Below are positions 1 through 12,039 of a stretch of 35,179 nucleotides of DNA, piece after piece; position 1 is the first letter of the stretch; each line of letters starts with the position of its first letter. The position numbers were made by a program, and so were the translations under genes. Where the stretch lies: contig NIVC01004778.1 in assembly GCA_002269645.1 (NCBI GenBank), positions 1-35,179 on the forward strand, written 5' to 3'. Origin of the DNA: Macrostomum lignano. Lineage: Eukaryota. The notes below the pieces were generated by a model. That model saw nothing but the letters and a program-made list of their open reading frames with translations, had not been told where the DNA came from and ran no database searches.

Positions 1-345
1 CCCTCTCCCCCTCCCCTCTCCCCCTCCTACTCTCTCCCCTCTCCCACTCCCCTCTCCTTCCTCCCCCTCTACCTCTCTCCTTCTCTCCCTCTCTCCCCCT
101 CTCCCTCTCCCCCTCCCTCCTCTCCCTCTCCCACTCCCCCTCACTTTCCCCCGCTACCTCTCTCCCTCTCCCCCTCCCCTCTCCCTCTCCCCCTCCCCCT
201 CTCCCTCTCCGCCCTCTACCTCTCTCCCTCTCCCACTCCCCCTCTCCTCTCCCACTCTCCCTCTCTCTCCTCTCCACTCTCCTTCTCTCCACTCCCCCTC
301 TCCCTCTCCCTCTCCCCTCTCCCGCCTCTCCCTCTCCCCTCCCCC
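1..345. repeat. C/T low-complexity repeat (CTCTCCC-like)
   Basis: Almost pure pyrimidine on +; begins immediately after the Ig1 donor on the sense strand. Confidence 0.95.
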
Positions 346-349
346 TCAC

Positions 350-703
350 CCATCACGGTGACAGCAGCCTGCGAGTTGACCGCCTCAATCCGCAGCAGGG
401 CTCCGCACTGGAACACCCCGTTCTGACTGGCGTTGACTCGCAAGACAGTCAGACTGCCGTTGGCATCGGCCAGGTCGCTGATGTCCCCGAATCCTGGCAC
501 ACTGTCAATCACTCCGCAGCTGCCCAAGGCCGGCTGGCACCGAAGCAGAGTCTTGGCCGCCGAGGATGGCGCGGTGAACGTCCAGATGATGTAGGATGGC
601 TGCGGGCTGAAGCGGCAGCTGAGCGTCAGGTTACTGCCGAGAGCCACCGCGGTGTCGCTCAGGGACTGCGTAAGCCGCAGCGGGTCGCCGGCCGCCAGGT
701 CCA
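350..703 (-). CDS. Gene B exon: N-terminal V-type Ig1 domain; gene continues off the left edge
   Basis: DPLRLTQSLSDTAVALGSNLTLSCRF...IIWTF...NGSLTVLRVNASQNGVFQCG...AAVTVM. Acceptor CATCCTTGCAG|TG; donor ATGG|GTGAGG; phase 1-1. Confidence 0.88.
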
Positions 704-748
704 CTGCAAGGATGAGTCCAGGGTGATGAAAGCTCATTCTCTCTTACC

Positions 749-1515
749 TGATTCACTCCCTAATTCTCCCCCGATTCTCTCCCCTGATTCTCCCCTGATT
801 CTCCCCTGATTCTCCCCTTTTTTTTTTTATTAGAGGCAGGGGGGTTGTGTGCACCCTGGCGCACTTTAAGCGACATAGGCACACAACCGGCGAGAGGCAT
901 TACTGCCCATTCCGCCGACTCCCCTGAGCAGGCATACAAGCGCGCGGATACGTACGCAGGCACACACTCACACAGGAGTGTACAGCGGCCCTAACTTTAT
1001 CAATTGTTAGGCATGTACACTTCACTGCGCCTTGGGGGGTTGGCTCTCAAGGCCGTTAATTGCACAAGCGAGCCAAGCCGAAATTCCAATTCAGCCCCAA
1101 ATTAATGTGGCTGCACTTGGAATCGAGCCTGGGTCGCGGCACACCAGAGCAGCTGCGCTACCGCTGGGCTACGGCCCCCCTTCTTATTCTCCCCTGATTC
1201 TCCCCTGATTCTGCCCTGATTCTCCCCTGATTCTCCCCTGATTCTGCCCTGATTCTCCCCTGATTCTCCCTGATTCTCCCCTGATTCTCCCCTGATTCTG
1301 CCCTGATTCTCCCCTGATTCTCTCCCCTGATTCTCCCCTGATTCTCCCCTGATTCTCTCCCCTGATTCTCTCCCCTGATTCTCTCCCCTGATTCTCCCCT
1401 GATTCTCCCTGATTCTCCCCTGATTGTCCCCTGATTCTCCCCTGATTCTCCCCTGATTCTCTCCCCTGATTCTTCCCTGATTCTCACTCCTGATACTCTC
1501 CCTGATTTTCTCTCT
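749..1515. repeat. Minisatellite (GATTCTCCCCT)n, 10-13 bp unit, split by the SINE
   Basis: Units at 749-817 and 1185-1515. Confidence 0.93.
818..1180 (-). mobile_element. tRNA-derived SINE, apparently full length (about 363 bp)
   Basis: 5' GGGGGGCCGTAGCCCAGCGGTAGCGC (A box), GGCTCGATTCC (B-box variant), unique body with no TTTT terminator, tail CTAATAAAAAAAAAAA. It interrupts a minisatellite, so a target-site duplication cannot be resolved. Confidence 0.78.
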
Positions 1516-1867
1516 GATTGCCTCCCCCTGCGCACTGCGAAAAAGACATCGATCTCAACCATTGAACTCTCAATAGTAATCGGTGTGATCCATTTTCTTT
1601 GAGTAACTAAGAATGGAGAGTACAGATCGAAGTGCTCTTTAAAAAAGTAAATCTGTTTCTAAGCTCTATGCCATGCCTGCTTCACTGACTCTCGAGTCTT
1701 CTGTGTTAGCGTGACTGCACTGGCGTTTGGGATTCACAAAGAATTTTGGGATCTGACATTGAGAGGGTGAGTAGCGTGAGCAGACTTGAGTAGCAAGGGA
1801 TCAAGGTCGATTTGGTGGGTCGGGGTGGAATGTGGAATCTATTATTACTGAGCGGAAGTTATGGACA

Positions 1868-2686
1868 GAGTAGACAGGGTGAGACCGGAAATGCCAGGAA
1901 GAGTAGACAGGGTGAGACCGGAAATGCCAGGAAGAGTAGACAGGGTGAGACCGGAAATGCCAGGAAGAGTAGACAGGGTGAGACAGGAAATGCCAGGGAG
2001 AGTAGACAGGGTGAGACCGGAAATGCCAGGGAGAGTAGACAGGGTGAGACAGGAAATGCCAGGGAGAGTAGACAGGGTGAGACAGGAAATGCCAGGGAGA
2101 GTAGACAGGGTGAGACAGGAAATGCCAGGGAGAGTAGACAGGGTGAGACAGGAAATGCCAGGGAGAGTAGACAGGGTGAGACCGGAAATGCCAGGGAGAG
2201 TAGACAGGGTGAGACAGGAAATGCCACGGAGAGTAGACAGGGTGAGACCGGAAATAGAGAGTAGACAGGGTGAGACCGGAAATAGAGAGTAGACAGGGTG
2301 AGACTGGAAATAGAGAGTAGACAGGGTGAGACCGGAAATAGAGAGTAGACAGGGTGAGACTGGAAATAGAGAGTAGACAGGGTGAGACCGGAAATAGAGA
2401 GTAGACAGGGTGACACCGGAAATAGAGAGTAGACAGGGTGACACCGGAAATAGAGAGTAGACAGGGTGACACCGGAAATAGAGAGTAGACAGGGTGACAC
2501 CGGAAATATAGAGTAGACAGGGTGACACCGGAAATAGAGAGTAGACAGGGTGACACCGGAAATAGAGAGTAGACAGGGTGACACCGGAAATAGAGAGTAG
2601 ACAGGGTGAGACCGGAAATGCCATGGAGAGTAGGCAGAGTGAGACCGGAAATACCATGGAGAGTAGGCAGGATGAGACCGGAATTG
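1868..2686. repeat. Minisatellite, 33-bp unit switching to a 28-bp unit
   Basis: GAGTAGACAGGGTGAGACCGGAAATGCCAGG(A/G)A, then GAGTAGACAGGGTGA(G/C)ACCGGAAATAGA from about 2250. Confidence 0.95.
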
Positions 2687-3670
2687 CTCAGATTCAAGAA
2701 TAAAGAGAGTGGTTCCGGATTCTTAGAAGATGCGATGCCCAGGATTCGAGCCTGACAGTCACGCCAGTAGTGTAATCAGCTAGTAGTGTGATTTTGGTCT
2801 TAGTAAGCTCTTGCTTACGGCTTAAGGAAAAGTAAACAGCATCGAGAAGCGGACAGACGGGGAACAGGCGAAGTCCCTGCCAGCCTGTGCCAATGATTTC
2901 ACAGCCTCTCAGCTGTCAAATCAATCATCAAATAACTTTGATCAATTAAACTGCCAGCTGCATCATAAATCTCCACTCCTGAGCAGCGGTGTCGCAATGC
3001 GTCTCCCAGCCTCTCCCAAAGCAGAAAGCCATAAATTTGTCAAACGGTTCATTCATATCCTTTATCTTGATTGAGCTGATGCCTCAATCTGACAGAGAGG
3101 GAGCCATCTTCTTCTTCTTCGGGATCTTCTGCTTCTTCTAGAGGCGAAGCCCCGCTAAACAAAACGACGCTGACTCAACAAAAAGCCAACACAAGGCTGC
3201 GAAGGCTTCTTCCGCCGCCCGGGACAATGGGAGCAGGCGGGGCAAGGGAGAAATGGGGGGGGAGAGTAGATGGGCGAGGCTGCTGTCTGCAATCCCCAAC
3301 AGGAATATTCGATGTGGAAATTGGTCTTCTTCTTGCCTTGTTCCGGGGTTCCGGAGGGGTGGGTTGGCAGTTTTCTTCTGTGACAATGCAAAACAGAAAA
3401 ACCCCATAGCAACCAGGTCCAAGGGTTCCGTTGTCCATTGAGAAAAATGTTTTCTATTCTTAGAAAGTCATTCTTTTGTTTCTTGTGTGCCGAAAGCTTC
3501 ATGCCTTTGTTTTTGCGCAAGATGTCCCGGCGCCTAATGATGTCTTTGTTCCCTGAGTATGCCACAGAACTTTATTCAACACAGACTGTAACAACATCCA
3601 TACACATGTAGCTAGCTTGACTTCTCCGAGTTTAACATAAACATTTCATCATTTTTATCTCTTTTCAGGG

Positions 3671-4841
3671 GATTCTCTCCCCTAATTCTCTCCCCTGACT
3701 CTCTCCCCTGACTCTCTCCCCTGATTCTCTCCCCTGATTCTCTCCCCTGACTCTCTCCCCTGACTCTCTCCCCTGATTCTCTCCCCTGATTCTCTCCCCT
3801 GATTCTCTCCCCTGACTCTCTCCCCTGATTCTCTCTCCTGATTCTCTCCCCTGACTCTCTCCCCTGATTCTCTCCCCTGATTCTCTCCCCTGATTCTCTC
3901 CCCTGACTCTCTCCCCTGACTCTCTCCCCTGATTCTCTCCCCTGATTCTCTCCCCTGACTCTCTCCCCTGATTCTCTCCCCTGATTCTCTCCCCTGATTC
4001 TCTCCCCTGATTCTCTCCCCTGACTCTCTCCCCTGATTCTCTCCCCTGACTCTCTCCCCTGATCTCTCCCCTGATTCTCTCCCCTGATTCTCTCCCCTGA
4101 TCTCTCCCCTGATTCTCTCCCCTGATTCTCTCCCCTGACTCTCTCCCCTGATTCTCTCCCCTGATTCTCTCCCCTGATTCTCTCCCCTGATTCTCTCCCC
4201 TGATTCTCTCTCCCTGACTCTCTCCCCTGATTCTCTCCCCTGATTCTCTCCCCTGACTCTCTCCCCTGATTCTCTCCCCTGACTCTCTCCCCTGATTCTC
4301 TCCCCTGACTCTCTCCCCTGATTCTCTCCCCTGACTCTCTCCCCTGATTCTCTCCCCTGACTCTCTCCCCTGATTCTCTCCCCTGATTCTCTCCCCTGAT
4401 TCTCTCCCCTGATTCTCTCCCCTGACTCTCTCCCCTGATTCTCTCCCCTGATTCTCTCCCCTGACTCTCTCCCCTGATTCTCTCCCCTGATTCTCTCCCC
4501 TGACTCTCTCCCCTGATTCTCTCCCCTGATTCTCTCCCCTGATTCTCTCCCCTGACTCTCTCCCCTGATTCTCTCCCCTGACTCTCTCCCCTGACTCTCT
4601 CCCCTGATTCTCTCCCCTGATTCTCTCCCCTGATTCTCTCCCCTGACTCTCTCCCCTGATTCTCTCCCCTGATTCTCTCCCCTGATTCTCTCCCCTGATT
4701 CTCTCCCCTGACTCTCTCCCCTGACTCTCTCCCCTGACTCTCTCCCCTGATTCTCTCCCCTGACTCTCTCCCCTGATTCTCTCCCCTGATTCTCTCCCCT
4801 GATTCTCTCCCCTGATTCTCTCCCCTGATTCTTTCCCTGAC
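3671..4841. repeat. Minisatellite (GA[T/C]TCTCTCCCCT)n, 13-bp unit
   Basis: About 90 units with two interspersed variants. Confidence 0.96.
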
Positions 4842-5454
4842 TCGATTCCCTTCTAATAATCTGTATCAGATTTTCACCCTTACACCCTTCCTCATCTATT
4901 GTACTCTTTCTAACAAAAAACCGCCATTGTCTTCCAGTAAAATTCCTCACAAATTCCATTCATTGAAAACCCAGCAGCAATGGGGAAAAGAGTGAGTGGG
5001 AACACACAGGCAGAACAATTCCCGCAGCCATTTCCCGTCATCAACAGCCATCGCCAGGCACCATCAGACTTCATTCAGCCCACCCGCATTCATCGCATTC
5101 GACAAGCGGCAGGCAGCTCACAATAAAAAACGAAAAAAGAGCTGCCAAAAGCCTTCGTATTGACTCTGCTGGCCAAATTAACCATCCAGCTGCCTCGTGT
5201 GCTCAGTCTTACTCCAGCCATTACCGCATGTGTGCGCGTGTTTCAGCGGAAGTTTGAAGACCATGCATTCATTGTTCTGACGCATTATTTGAGCACAATA
5301 AAAATTCCATCTATCTTTTTTTAAATCCCTTGTCAACACGCAATGCGGCGAAGTCTGCGTGTTAGCGGCTGGTCTGAGGATTCTGATTTTTGGGCAGAGA
5401 TGGGAGAGAGAAGTTCGGAGCAGGTGATTGCTAAACTGACTATAGTATCCTTCT

Positions 5455-5945
5455 CTAGTAGGGAGAGAAGTAGAGCGGGACGTAGGGAGAGGATTCGGGA
5501 AGAAAGTAGGGATAGGATTCGGGAAGAAAGTAGGGATAGGATTCGGGAAGAAAGTAGGGAGAGGATTCGGGAAGAAAGTAGGGAGAGGATTCGGGAAGAA
5601 AGTAGGGAGAGGATTCGGGAAGAAAGTAGGGAGAGGATTCGGGAAGAAAGTAGGGAGAGGATTCGGGAAGAAAGTAGGGAGAGGATTCGGGAAGAAAGTA
5701 GGGAGAGGATTCGGGAAGAAAGTAGGGAGAGGATTCGGGAAGAAAGTAGGGAGAAAAGTAAGGAGGGAAGTAGCGAGGGAAGTAGGGAGAGAAGTAGGGA
5801 GATAAGTAGGGAGAGAAGTAGGAAGAGAAGTAGGGAGAGAAGTAGGGAGAGAAGTAGGGAGAGAAGTAGGGAGAGAAGTAGGGAGAGAAGTAGGGAGAGA
5901 AGTAGGGAGAGAAGTAGGGAGAGAAGTAGAGAGAGAATTAAGAAG
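5455..5945. repeat. Compound minisatellite, 24-bp then 12-bp unit
   Basis: AGTAGGGAGAGGATTCGGGAAGAA repeats, then AGTAGGGAGAGA repeats. Confidence 0.94.
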
Positions 5946-6534
5946 AGTGGAAGATAACCTTGCAAGAGAGAAGCCCTGAAATGGCTTGAAACTGCAGGGT
6001 CACAGATATTGAAAAACGAAGTTAAAGAAACTTTGAATCTTTGAACCCAATACTCTTTGTTTGAACCCAACTCAATGACAGTGACGTCATTCTATCACAA
6101 AAACTTAATCTCATTTCTATCAATTTTATCCTTTGCAAAAGATTCCACTGACTGCTCATAAAGCAGATTTGAAAGGCCTATTGACAGGCTGCCATTGAGT
6201 TGCATGGTGAGTCACCCCATCAGCTCCAAAAAATAGTTTTTTTCCCAGCATCAGGTGAGGGATAAATCTCCCCAATTGTCCAGCGTCAGACCCGCATGGC
6301 TACGGGCATCTGGTCGTCATTATTTTTCTGCCAACAAAATCAAAATTAACTAAGCCGTGAAATGACTGTAAGGCGACTGAACACTGGGACCACACCAAAT
6401 AGTTATGTAATTCATTGTTTGTTTGAGTTTTTATGACAACTTGACGCTGACCCGTGTGTGGGTTGGTGGACCGTCGGTCCAAATAAATGATGGATTGGAA
6501 ACCGATTGCTGATTTGGCAGAATGAGATTGCTCA

Positions 6535-7360
6535 CAGAGAGGCTAGACTCTCTATGAGAGTCTTTTATTAGATGCCTAGAGACACATCGATGGCTAGAGA
6601 GTCTCATAAATGACTAGATGGTTGTAGAGTCTCAAAGATGACTAGAGAGTCTCATAGATGACTGGATTGTCTCATAGATGACTAGAGAGTATTCTAGATG
6701 ACTAGAGAGTCTCATAGATGACTAGAGAGTCTCCCATATGATTCGAAAAGAGAGTCTTATCGATGACTAGAGAGTCTCATAGATGACTAGAGAGTCTTAT
6801 CGATGACTAGAGAGTCTCATAGATGACTAGAGAGTCTCATAGATGACTAGAGAGTCTCATAGATGACTAGAGAGTCTCATAGATGACTAGAGAGTCTCAT
6901 AGATGACTAGAAGGTCTCATAGATGACTAGAGAGTCTCATAGATGACTGGATAGTATTCTAGATGACTAGAGAGTATCAAAGATGACTAGAGAGTCTCAA
7001 AGATGACTAGAGAGTATTCTAGATGAGTAGAGAGTCTCATAGCTGACTAGAGAGTCTCATAGATGACTGGATAGTCTCATAAATGACTAGAGAGTCTCCC
7101 ATATGATTCGAAAAGAGAGTCTTATCGATGACTAGAGAGTCTCATAGATGACTAGAGAGTCTCATAGATGACTAGAGAGTCTCATAGATGACTAGAAGGT
7201 CTCATAGATGACTAGAGAGTCTCATAGATGACTGGATAGTATTCTAGATGACTAGAGAGTATCAAAGATGACTAGAGAGTCTCATAGCTGACTAGAGAGT
7301 CTCATAGATGACTGGATAGTCTCATAAATGACTAGAGAGTCTCTCATATGATTCGAAAAG
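6535..7360. repeat. 20-bp minisatellite with recurring higher-order marker block
   Basis: ATAGATGACTAGAGAGTCTC units; block CT(C/T)CATATGATTCGAAAAG recurs at 6731, 7096 and 7341. Confidence 0.93.
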
Positions 7361-7632
7361 ATATTCTCATTTATTACCAAAAAGTCTGAGAGATAGCTAT
7401 GAAGAGCCTCATAAATGACCTAGAAGTTTTTAGGGGTAAACTCCATATCTAAATTCTAATCAATGGTACATGAGATTATCCAATTATCCCAGCAAGCAAG
7501 ACGAAGGTAAAGACCGCAGCTGATCTCCTAGGCTTAGGGCCTGCTTCTCTTCTCCATCCTTCCTGTCAGTAATCAGTTTTAGTGATGAAGAAGAAGCAGA
7601 GGAGGGGAGAGAATGACAAGCACTTCACTTAC

Positions 7633-7675
7633 CAAGGATAATCAAGGCCAGGGTCAGCGCGAACCGTTCGGCCAT
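7633..7675 (-). CDS. Gene B signal-peptide exon (start codon)
   Basis: ATG at 7675 gives MAERFALTLALIIL, then phase-1 donor TTG|GTAAGT. Joined to the 703 acceptor it reads MAERFALTLALIILVDLAAG-DPLRL, a typical signal peptide. Candidate upstream acceptors: TTTTCTTTGTCGTACACAG|7693 and TTTTTTCAACTTCCAG|7808. Confidence 0.8.
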
Positions 7676-8021
7676 ATCAGTTATGGCTGTCTCCTGTGTA
7701 CGACAAAGAAAAGACAGGCCACCGAAATCCTCTTGTCCTCGACCTTGTTGTTTGTCCCGCGACCGGTCCGACTTGACCCCGGTTGCCGGGGAAAATTGCA
7801 ATTGGCTGCTGGAAGTTGAAAAAATGCGAAGCGTGTAAAAGAGATGATTTGCTAAAAGCTGCAGTTGTGGTCTGTTCATTATTTAGCATGGAATTTCTCG
7901 CTGAATTTTTTAAAGTCGGTTTTTAGCGCTAAAATTTAAAGTGAAAGTTTTTTGAAAAAATACTAAGAGCATAATGAGAAGCTAAAGACAGGTAGACTTG
8001 TGGTAGAGTGGGGGTTGAAAG

Positions 8022-8430
8022 AAGTAGGGTGAGAATTAGGGAGAGAATTAGGAAGGGAAGTAGGGAGAGAATTAGGGAGAGAATTAGGGAGGGAATTAGG
8101 GAGGGAAGTAGGGAGAGAATTAGAGGGAAGTAGGGAGAGAATCGGGAGAGAATTAGTTAGAGAATTAGAGGGAAGTAGGGAGAGAATCGGGAGAGAATTA
8201 GTTAGAGAATTAGAGGGAAGTAGGGAGAGAATCGGGAGAGAATTAGTTAGAGAATTAGAGGGAAGTAGGGAGAGAATCGGGAGAGAATTAGTTAGAGAAT
8301 TAGAGGGAAGTAGGGAGAGAATCGGGAGAGAATTGGGGAGAGAACTAGGGAGGGAAGTTGAGAGAGAAGTAGGGAGAGCAGTAGGAAGAGAATTAGATAG
8401 AGAAATCGCGAGAGAAGGGAGAGATGCAGG
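8022..8430. repeat. GGGAGAGAAT-core minisatellite
   Basis: TAGGGAGAGAAT(T/C) units; core is the reverse complement of the 3671-4841 unit core. Confidence 0.88.
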
Positions 8431-9407
8431 GATACAATTCAGATTAATTTAATAAAGATATTGTGTACAGAAATTACTGTAGCATATGTACACGATTTTA
8501 ACTCCACAATGGCACAGATGCCTCAGCAATATCCACAGCTATGCCTGCATGCCAGTTGGGCAAATATTTTCAAAACATTCTTGAGCAATAATAGCAAATT
8601 CTTCGCGCGAGCCAATTCAACAGTTAGCTGGGCGAGCATTCAAGGGTGAGCAATTGAGCCACCCAGCAAGCGGGATGGAGATAGACAGTGGGGGCAGTTC
8701 TCCTGAGAAGTGTGCGAGAGTCCACTCGAGGCCCAGCAGTGCTGCAAACACACTTGAATGCCGTATGCCTATAGGCAGCTGGTGTGCTCAAGCTGCAGGG
8801 CCCGCGGACTGTGACAGGCACTCCTCAAGTGGAGCCAATGCTGGCTGGAGTAGAGTCCTCTTAGGGGATCATGAAGTGTGTAGCCGAGCTGTCACTAAAA
8901 GTGCCGCTTTTGTTTCTTTTCAAACATTGCAGAAGCTGCTCTGAAAAAAATGGAATCTACCCAATTCCATCTGCAGATCTGCAAGAGCTTTTTCTGAACT
9001 TCAAAAAAGAACCAGAGCAATGTTGAAAGCATTTTAATTGCCGCTTGTGCTGGTAGCGGCTTGCTGCTTGGTTCGAAAATCGCTAGCAGAGATAAGCAGG
9101 GGGGGGGAGTCATTAACGCGGTTCCGATGAACCCTGCCAACATTCAAGGCTCCCCATTTCCCCCAGTTCTGAAAGCAACTTTTTGCATACTATTTTCCTC
9201 TTTCAACTTCCTACTTGCCCAAGTTCCCCAGATCTGCTCATTTCTCATTCTGAATAGGTAGAGAGAAATTCTCCCAGCTATAACTCAGCTCCCATCTCAC
9301 TCGCCCTCCTCCCACTTGTCTCTTCCAGCTCTTCCTGTGTCTGGCATCGAGGCGGAGCCAAGGAGACCCAGAAGCGGAAACCTGGACTGATACCTCTTTC
9401 TGTCGCT

Positions 9408-10155
9408 CCTTCCCGCATCTCCCTGTCCCTCTCGCATCTCGCTGTCCCTCTCTCCCGCATCTCGCTGTCCCTCTCTCCCGCATCTCGCTGTCCCTCTCTC
9501 CCGCATCTCGCTGTCCCTCTCTCCCGCATCTCGCTGTCCCTCTCTCCCGCATCTCGCTGTCCCTCTCTCCCGCATCTCGCTGTCCCTCTCTCCCGCATCT
9601 CGCTGTCCCTCTCTCCCGCATCTCGCTGTCCCTCCCGCATCTCCCTGTCCCTCCCGCATCTCCCTGTCCCTCCTTCCCGCATCTCGCTGTCCCTCTCTCC
9701 CGCATCTCGCTGTCCCTCTCTCCCGCATCTCCCTGTCCCTCTCTCCCGCATCTCGCTGTCCCTCTCTCCCGCATCTCGCTGTCCCTCTCTCCCGCATCTC
9801 GCTGTCCCTCTCTCCCGCATCTCGCTGTCCCTCTCTCCCGCATCTCGCTGTCCCTCTCTCCCGCATCTCGCTTTCCCTCTCTCCCGCATCTCGCTGTCCC
9901 TCCCGCATCTCCCTGTCCCTCCCGCATCTCCCTGTCCCTCCCGCATCTCCCTGTCCCTCCTTCCCGCATCTCGCTGTCCCTCTCTCCCGCATCTCGCTGT
10001 CCCTCTCTCCCGCATCTCGCTGTCCCTCTCTCCCGCATCTCGCTGTCCCTCTCTCCCGCATCTCGCTGTCCCTCTCTCCCGCATCTCGCTGTCCCTCCCT
10101 CCCGCATCTCCCTGTCCCCCTCTCCCGCATCTCCCTGTCCTTCTCTCCCGCATCT
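9408..10155. repeat. 23-bp minisatellite
   Basis: CCCGCATCTCGCTGTCCCTCTCT units. Confidence 0.96.
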
Positions 10156-10959
10156 TGGGGAAGCACTGCTACTCCAGTTTCTAGTTTTAGCCCTTCCTAT
10201 CAGAATCCAGAGCAGCAGGCAGGGTTTTCAGCTCCCAGCGGCTGCTGCTCTGCTGACGTAGACCCGGGGTAGTTGAGAGCCATCTGCCTCGCTTGGCGTC
10301 TTCGCGCGCCCCAGACCAGCCTCGGGGGTGGTCAGTCTGCTCTGGCCCTGAGGGGCTTTGCTTTTGAATGTGGGGGCTTCGTCTTTGCAGAGGCTTAGGC
10401 CAGGTTTCCCTTACCAACAGCATCTTTTATCCCTGGGAGAATTGGACCGGCACAGTTAGTCAGTCAAATAAATGAATGGGGAGGTGTCCTAAGCAGCCTA
10501 TTATTCATAGAGCCCAACTCCAACTGTGAGTTGTGCTCGGCCCCCTGGGAGCCCGGCTCGGTTATAAATTTACATGCACAAACAAATACACGCAATTAAG
10601 GGAAAGTCTGTCCTGGGAATTGAGGCCGTTGCGGGACCCCGGTGTGACCCCCCCCCCCAGTTACAACTGGAGAACAGGCTGAGTCCTCATTCCGCGCTAG
10701 CAGAATCGATACCAGATTCACACCTTGGAGTCTGGAGAGTCTGGAGATTTCCCAAGCAGTGAAACTGATTATGGGAAGTTTGTATTGAGAGAATTTTGAG
10801 TTCCCAGCTCGGGCATCAATGCATTGATTTTACCGTAGCACCCTGGGGGGCCGAGATCTGCTAAGCAAATTTTAGTGCTGTAGGTCAGATGGAGCTCGAT
10901 TGGAGTATGGCTGCCATGGTGATTTGGATTTAATTAATGGGTCTGTTTGGAGTAGATTA

Positions 10960-11580
10960 AACTGGACTAGATCTTACTTTTGCTTGACTAGATCGCGATT
11001 AGATATTAGCTAGATCATAAATAGATTATAATTTGAGTTTGGGTAGATCTTGAATAGACTTTGATTTGATCATAACTAGATCTTGAATAGACTTTGACTA
11101 GATCATGATTAGATCTTAAATAGACTTTGACTAGATCATGATTAGATCTTAAATAGACTTTGATGAGATCGTGATTAGATCTTAAATAGACTTTGATGAG
11201 ATCGTGATTAGATCTTAAATAGACTTTGACTAGATCATGATTAGATCTTAAATAGACTTTGATGAGATCATAACTAGATCTTGAATAAATTTTGACTAGA
11301 TCATGACTAGATGTTAGATAGAATTTGATTAGATCATGATTAGATCTTGAATAGAATTTGATTAGATCAAAATTACCCCAATTAGATCTTGAATATAGAT
11401 CTTGAATAGACTTGACTAGATCATGATTAGATCTTGAACAGTTTTTACTAGATTACGATTAGATCTTTAATACGCTCGTAGATTTTGACTGTATTTTCAC
11501 TATATTGTAATTAGATCTCGAATAGACATTGACTAGATTGTAATTCGATTTTGATAAGATTTTGACTAGATCATGACTGG
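10960..11580. repeat. Degenerate AT-rich 33-bp minisatellite
   Basis: TTTGACTAGATCATGATTAGATCTTAAATAGAC; period 33 (GATCATGATT at 11101 and 11134). Confidence 0.88.
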
Positions 11581-12039
11581 CTCATCCGGCATTTGGAGCC
11601 AGACAATGTTGTGAATATCCCTATCAAGAACTCAAAACTCGCAGGTTGGCACAAATTCGAAATCGAAGAAAAACTTATAAAAGTGCAGCACTGGCATATC
11701 CATCTCAACAAGCAGACCCCACCGCAATCAGAGAAGCTGTGAAACGAATCTCTCTAGCTGTTCTATCGATAAACAGCCGGAAAAAATCAATGCAGAGCTG
11801 TGTGCCCCAGCATTTGAGCACTGGGGCACACAGTCTCTCCCTCTGCCTGAGTTCTGCCTGAGTTCTGCTAGGTCAACTGGCAGAACTCAGAAACTCGACA
11901 AGAATGAAGTTCGTTAAGAACCGGAAGGCCCTGTTGGAAGAAGGCAGTGAAAATCGCTTATAGATATTGGAAGTTTTGCGGAATGAAATCTTGATGGTGG
12001 GGACACGGTAGGGAGAGGGTGAGAGATGGGGCGGGAGAG

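Noticed and set aside
704-750. Strong donor CAG|GTAAGA 44 nt upstream of the Ig1 acceptor
   Set aside because: The upstream sequence is purine-rich minisatellite with no acceptor or sensible peptide; the 7633 exon already gives a good signal peptide.
2730-2770. Isolated Pol III B-box-like motifs (GGCTCGAATCC on - here; GGTTCGAGTT on + near 29716)
   Set aside because: No convincing A box, cloverleaf or tail; at most decayed SINE remnants.
3138-3565. Overlapping 60-136 aa ORFs in unique intronic DNA (also 8461-9261, 22707-23030, 29800-30251, 31152-31565, 32731-33632)
   Set aside because: No recognisable motifs or consistent splice framework; no Ig1-like sequence was found in 29032-35179.
6195-6285. 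GTTGCATG|GTGAGT on +, resembling a flatworm spliced-leader 3' end, plus a 42-nt intron-like segment
   Set aside because: The match is only about 8 nt, with no SL 5' stem or Sm site and no coherent plus-strand exon.
6535-7360. CRISPR-like look of regularly spaced, partly palindromic repeats (also 23071-23460, 25364-25915)
   Set aside because: Units are contiguous with no unique spacers, no cas genes are present, and the context is eukaryotic.
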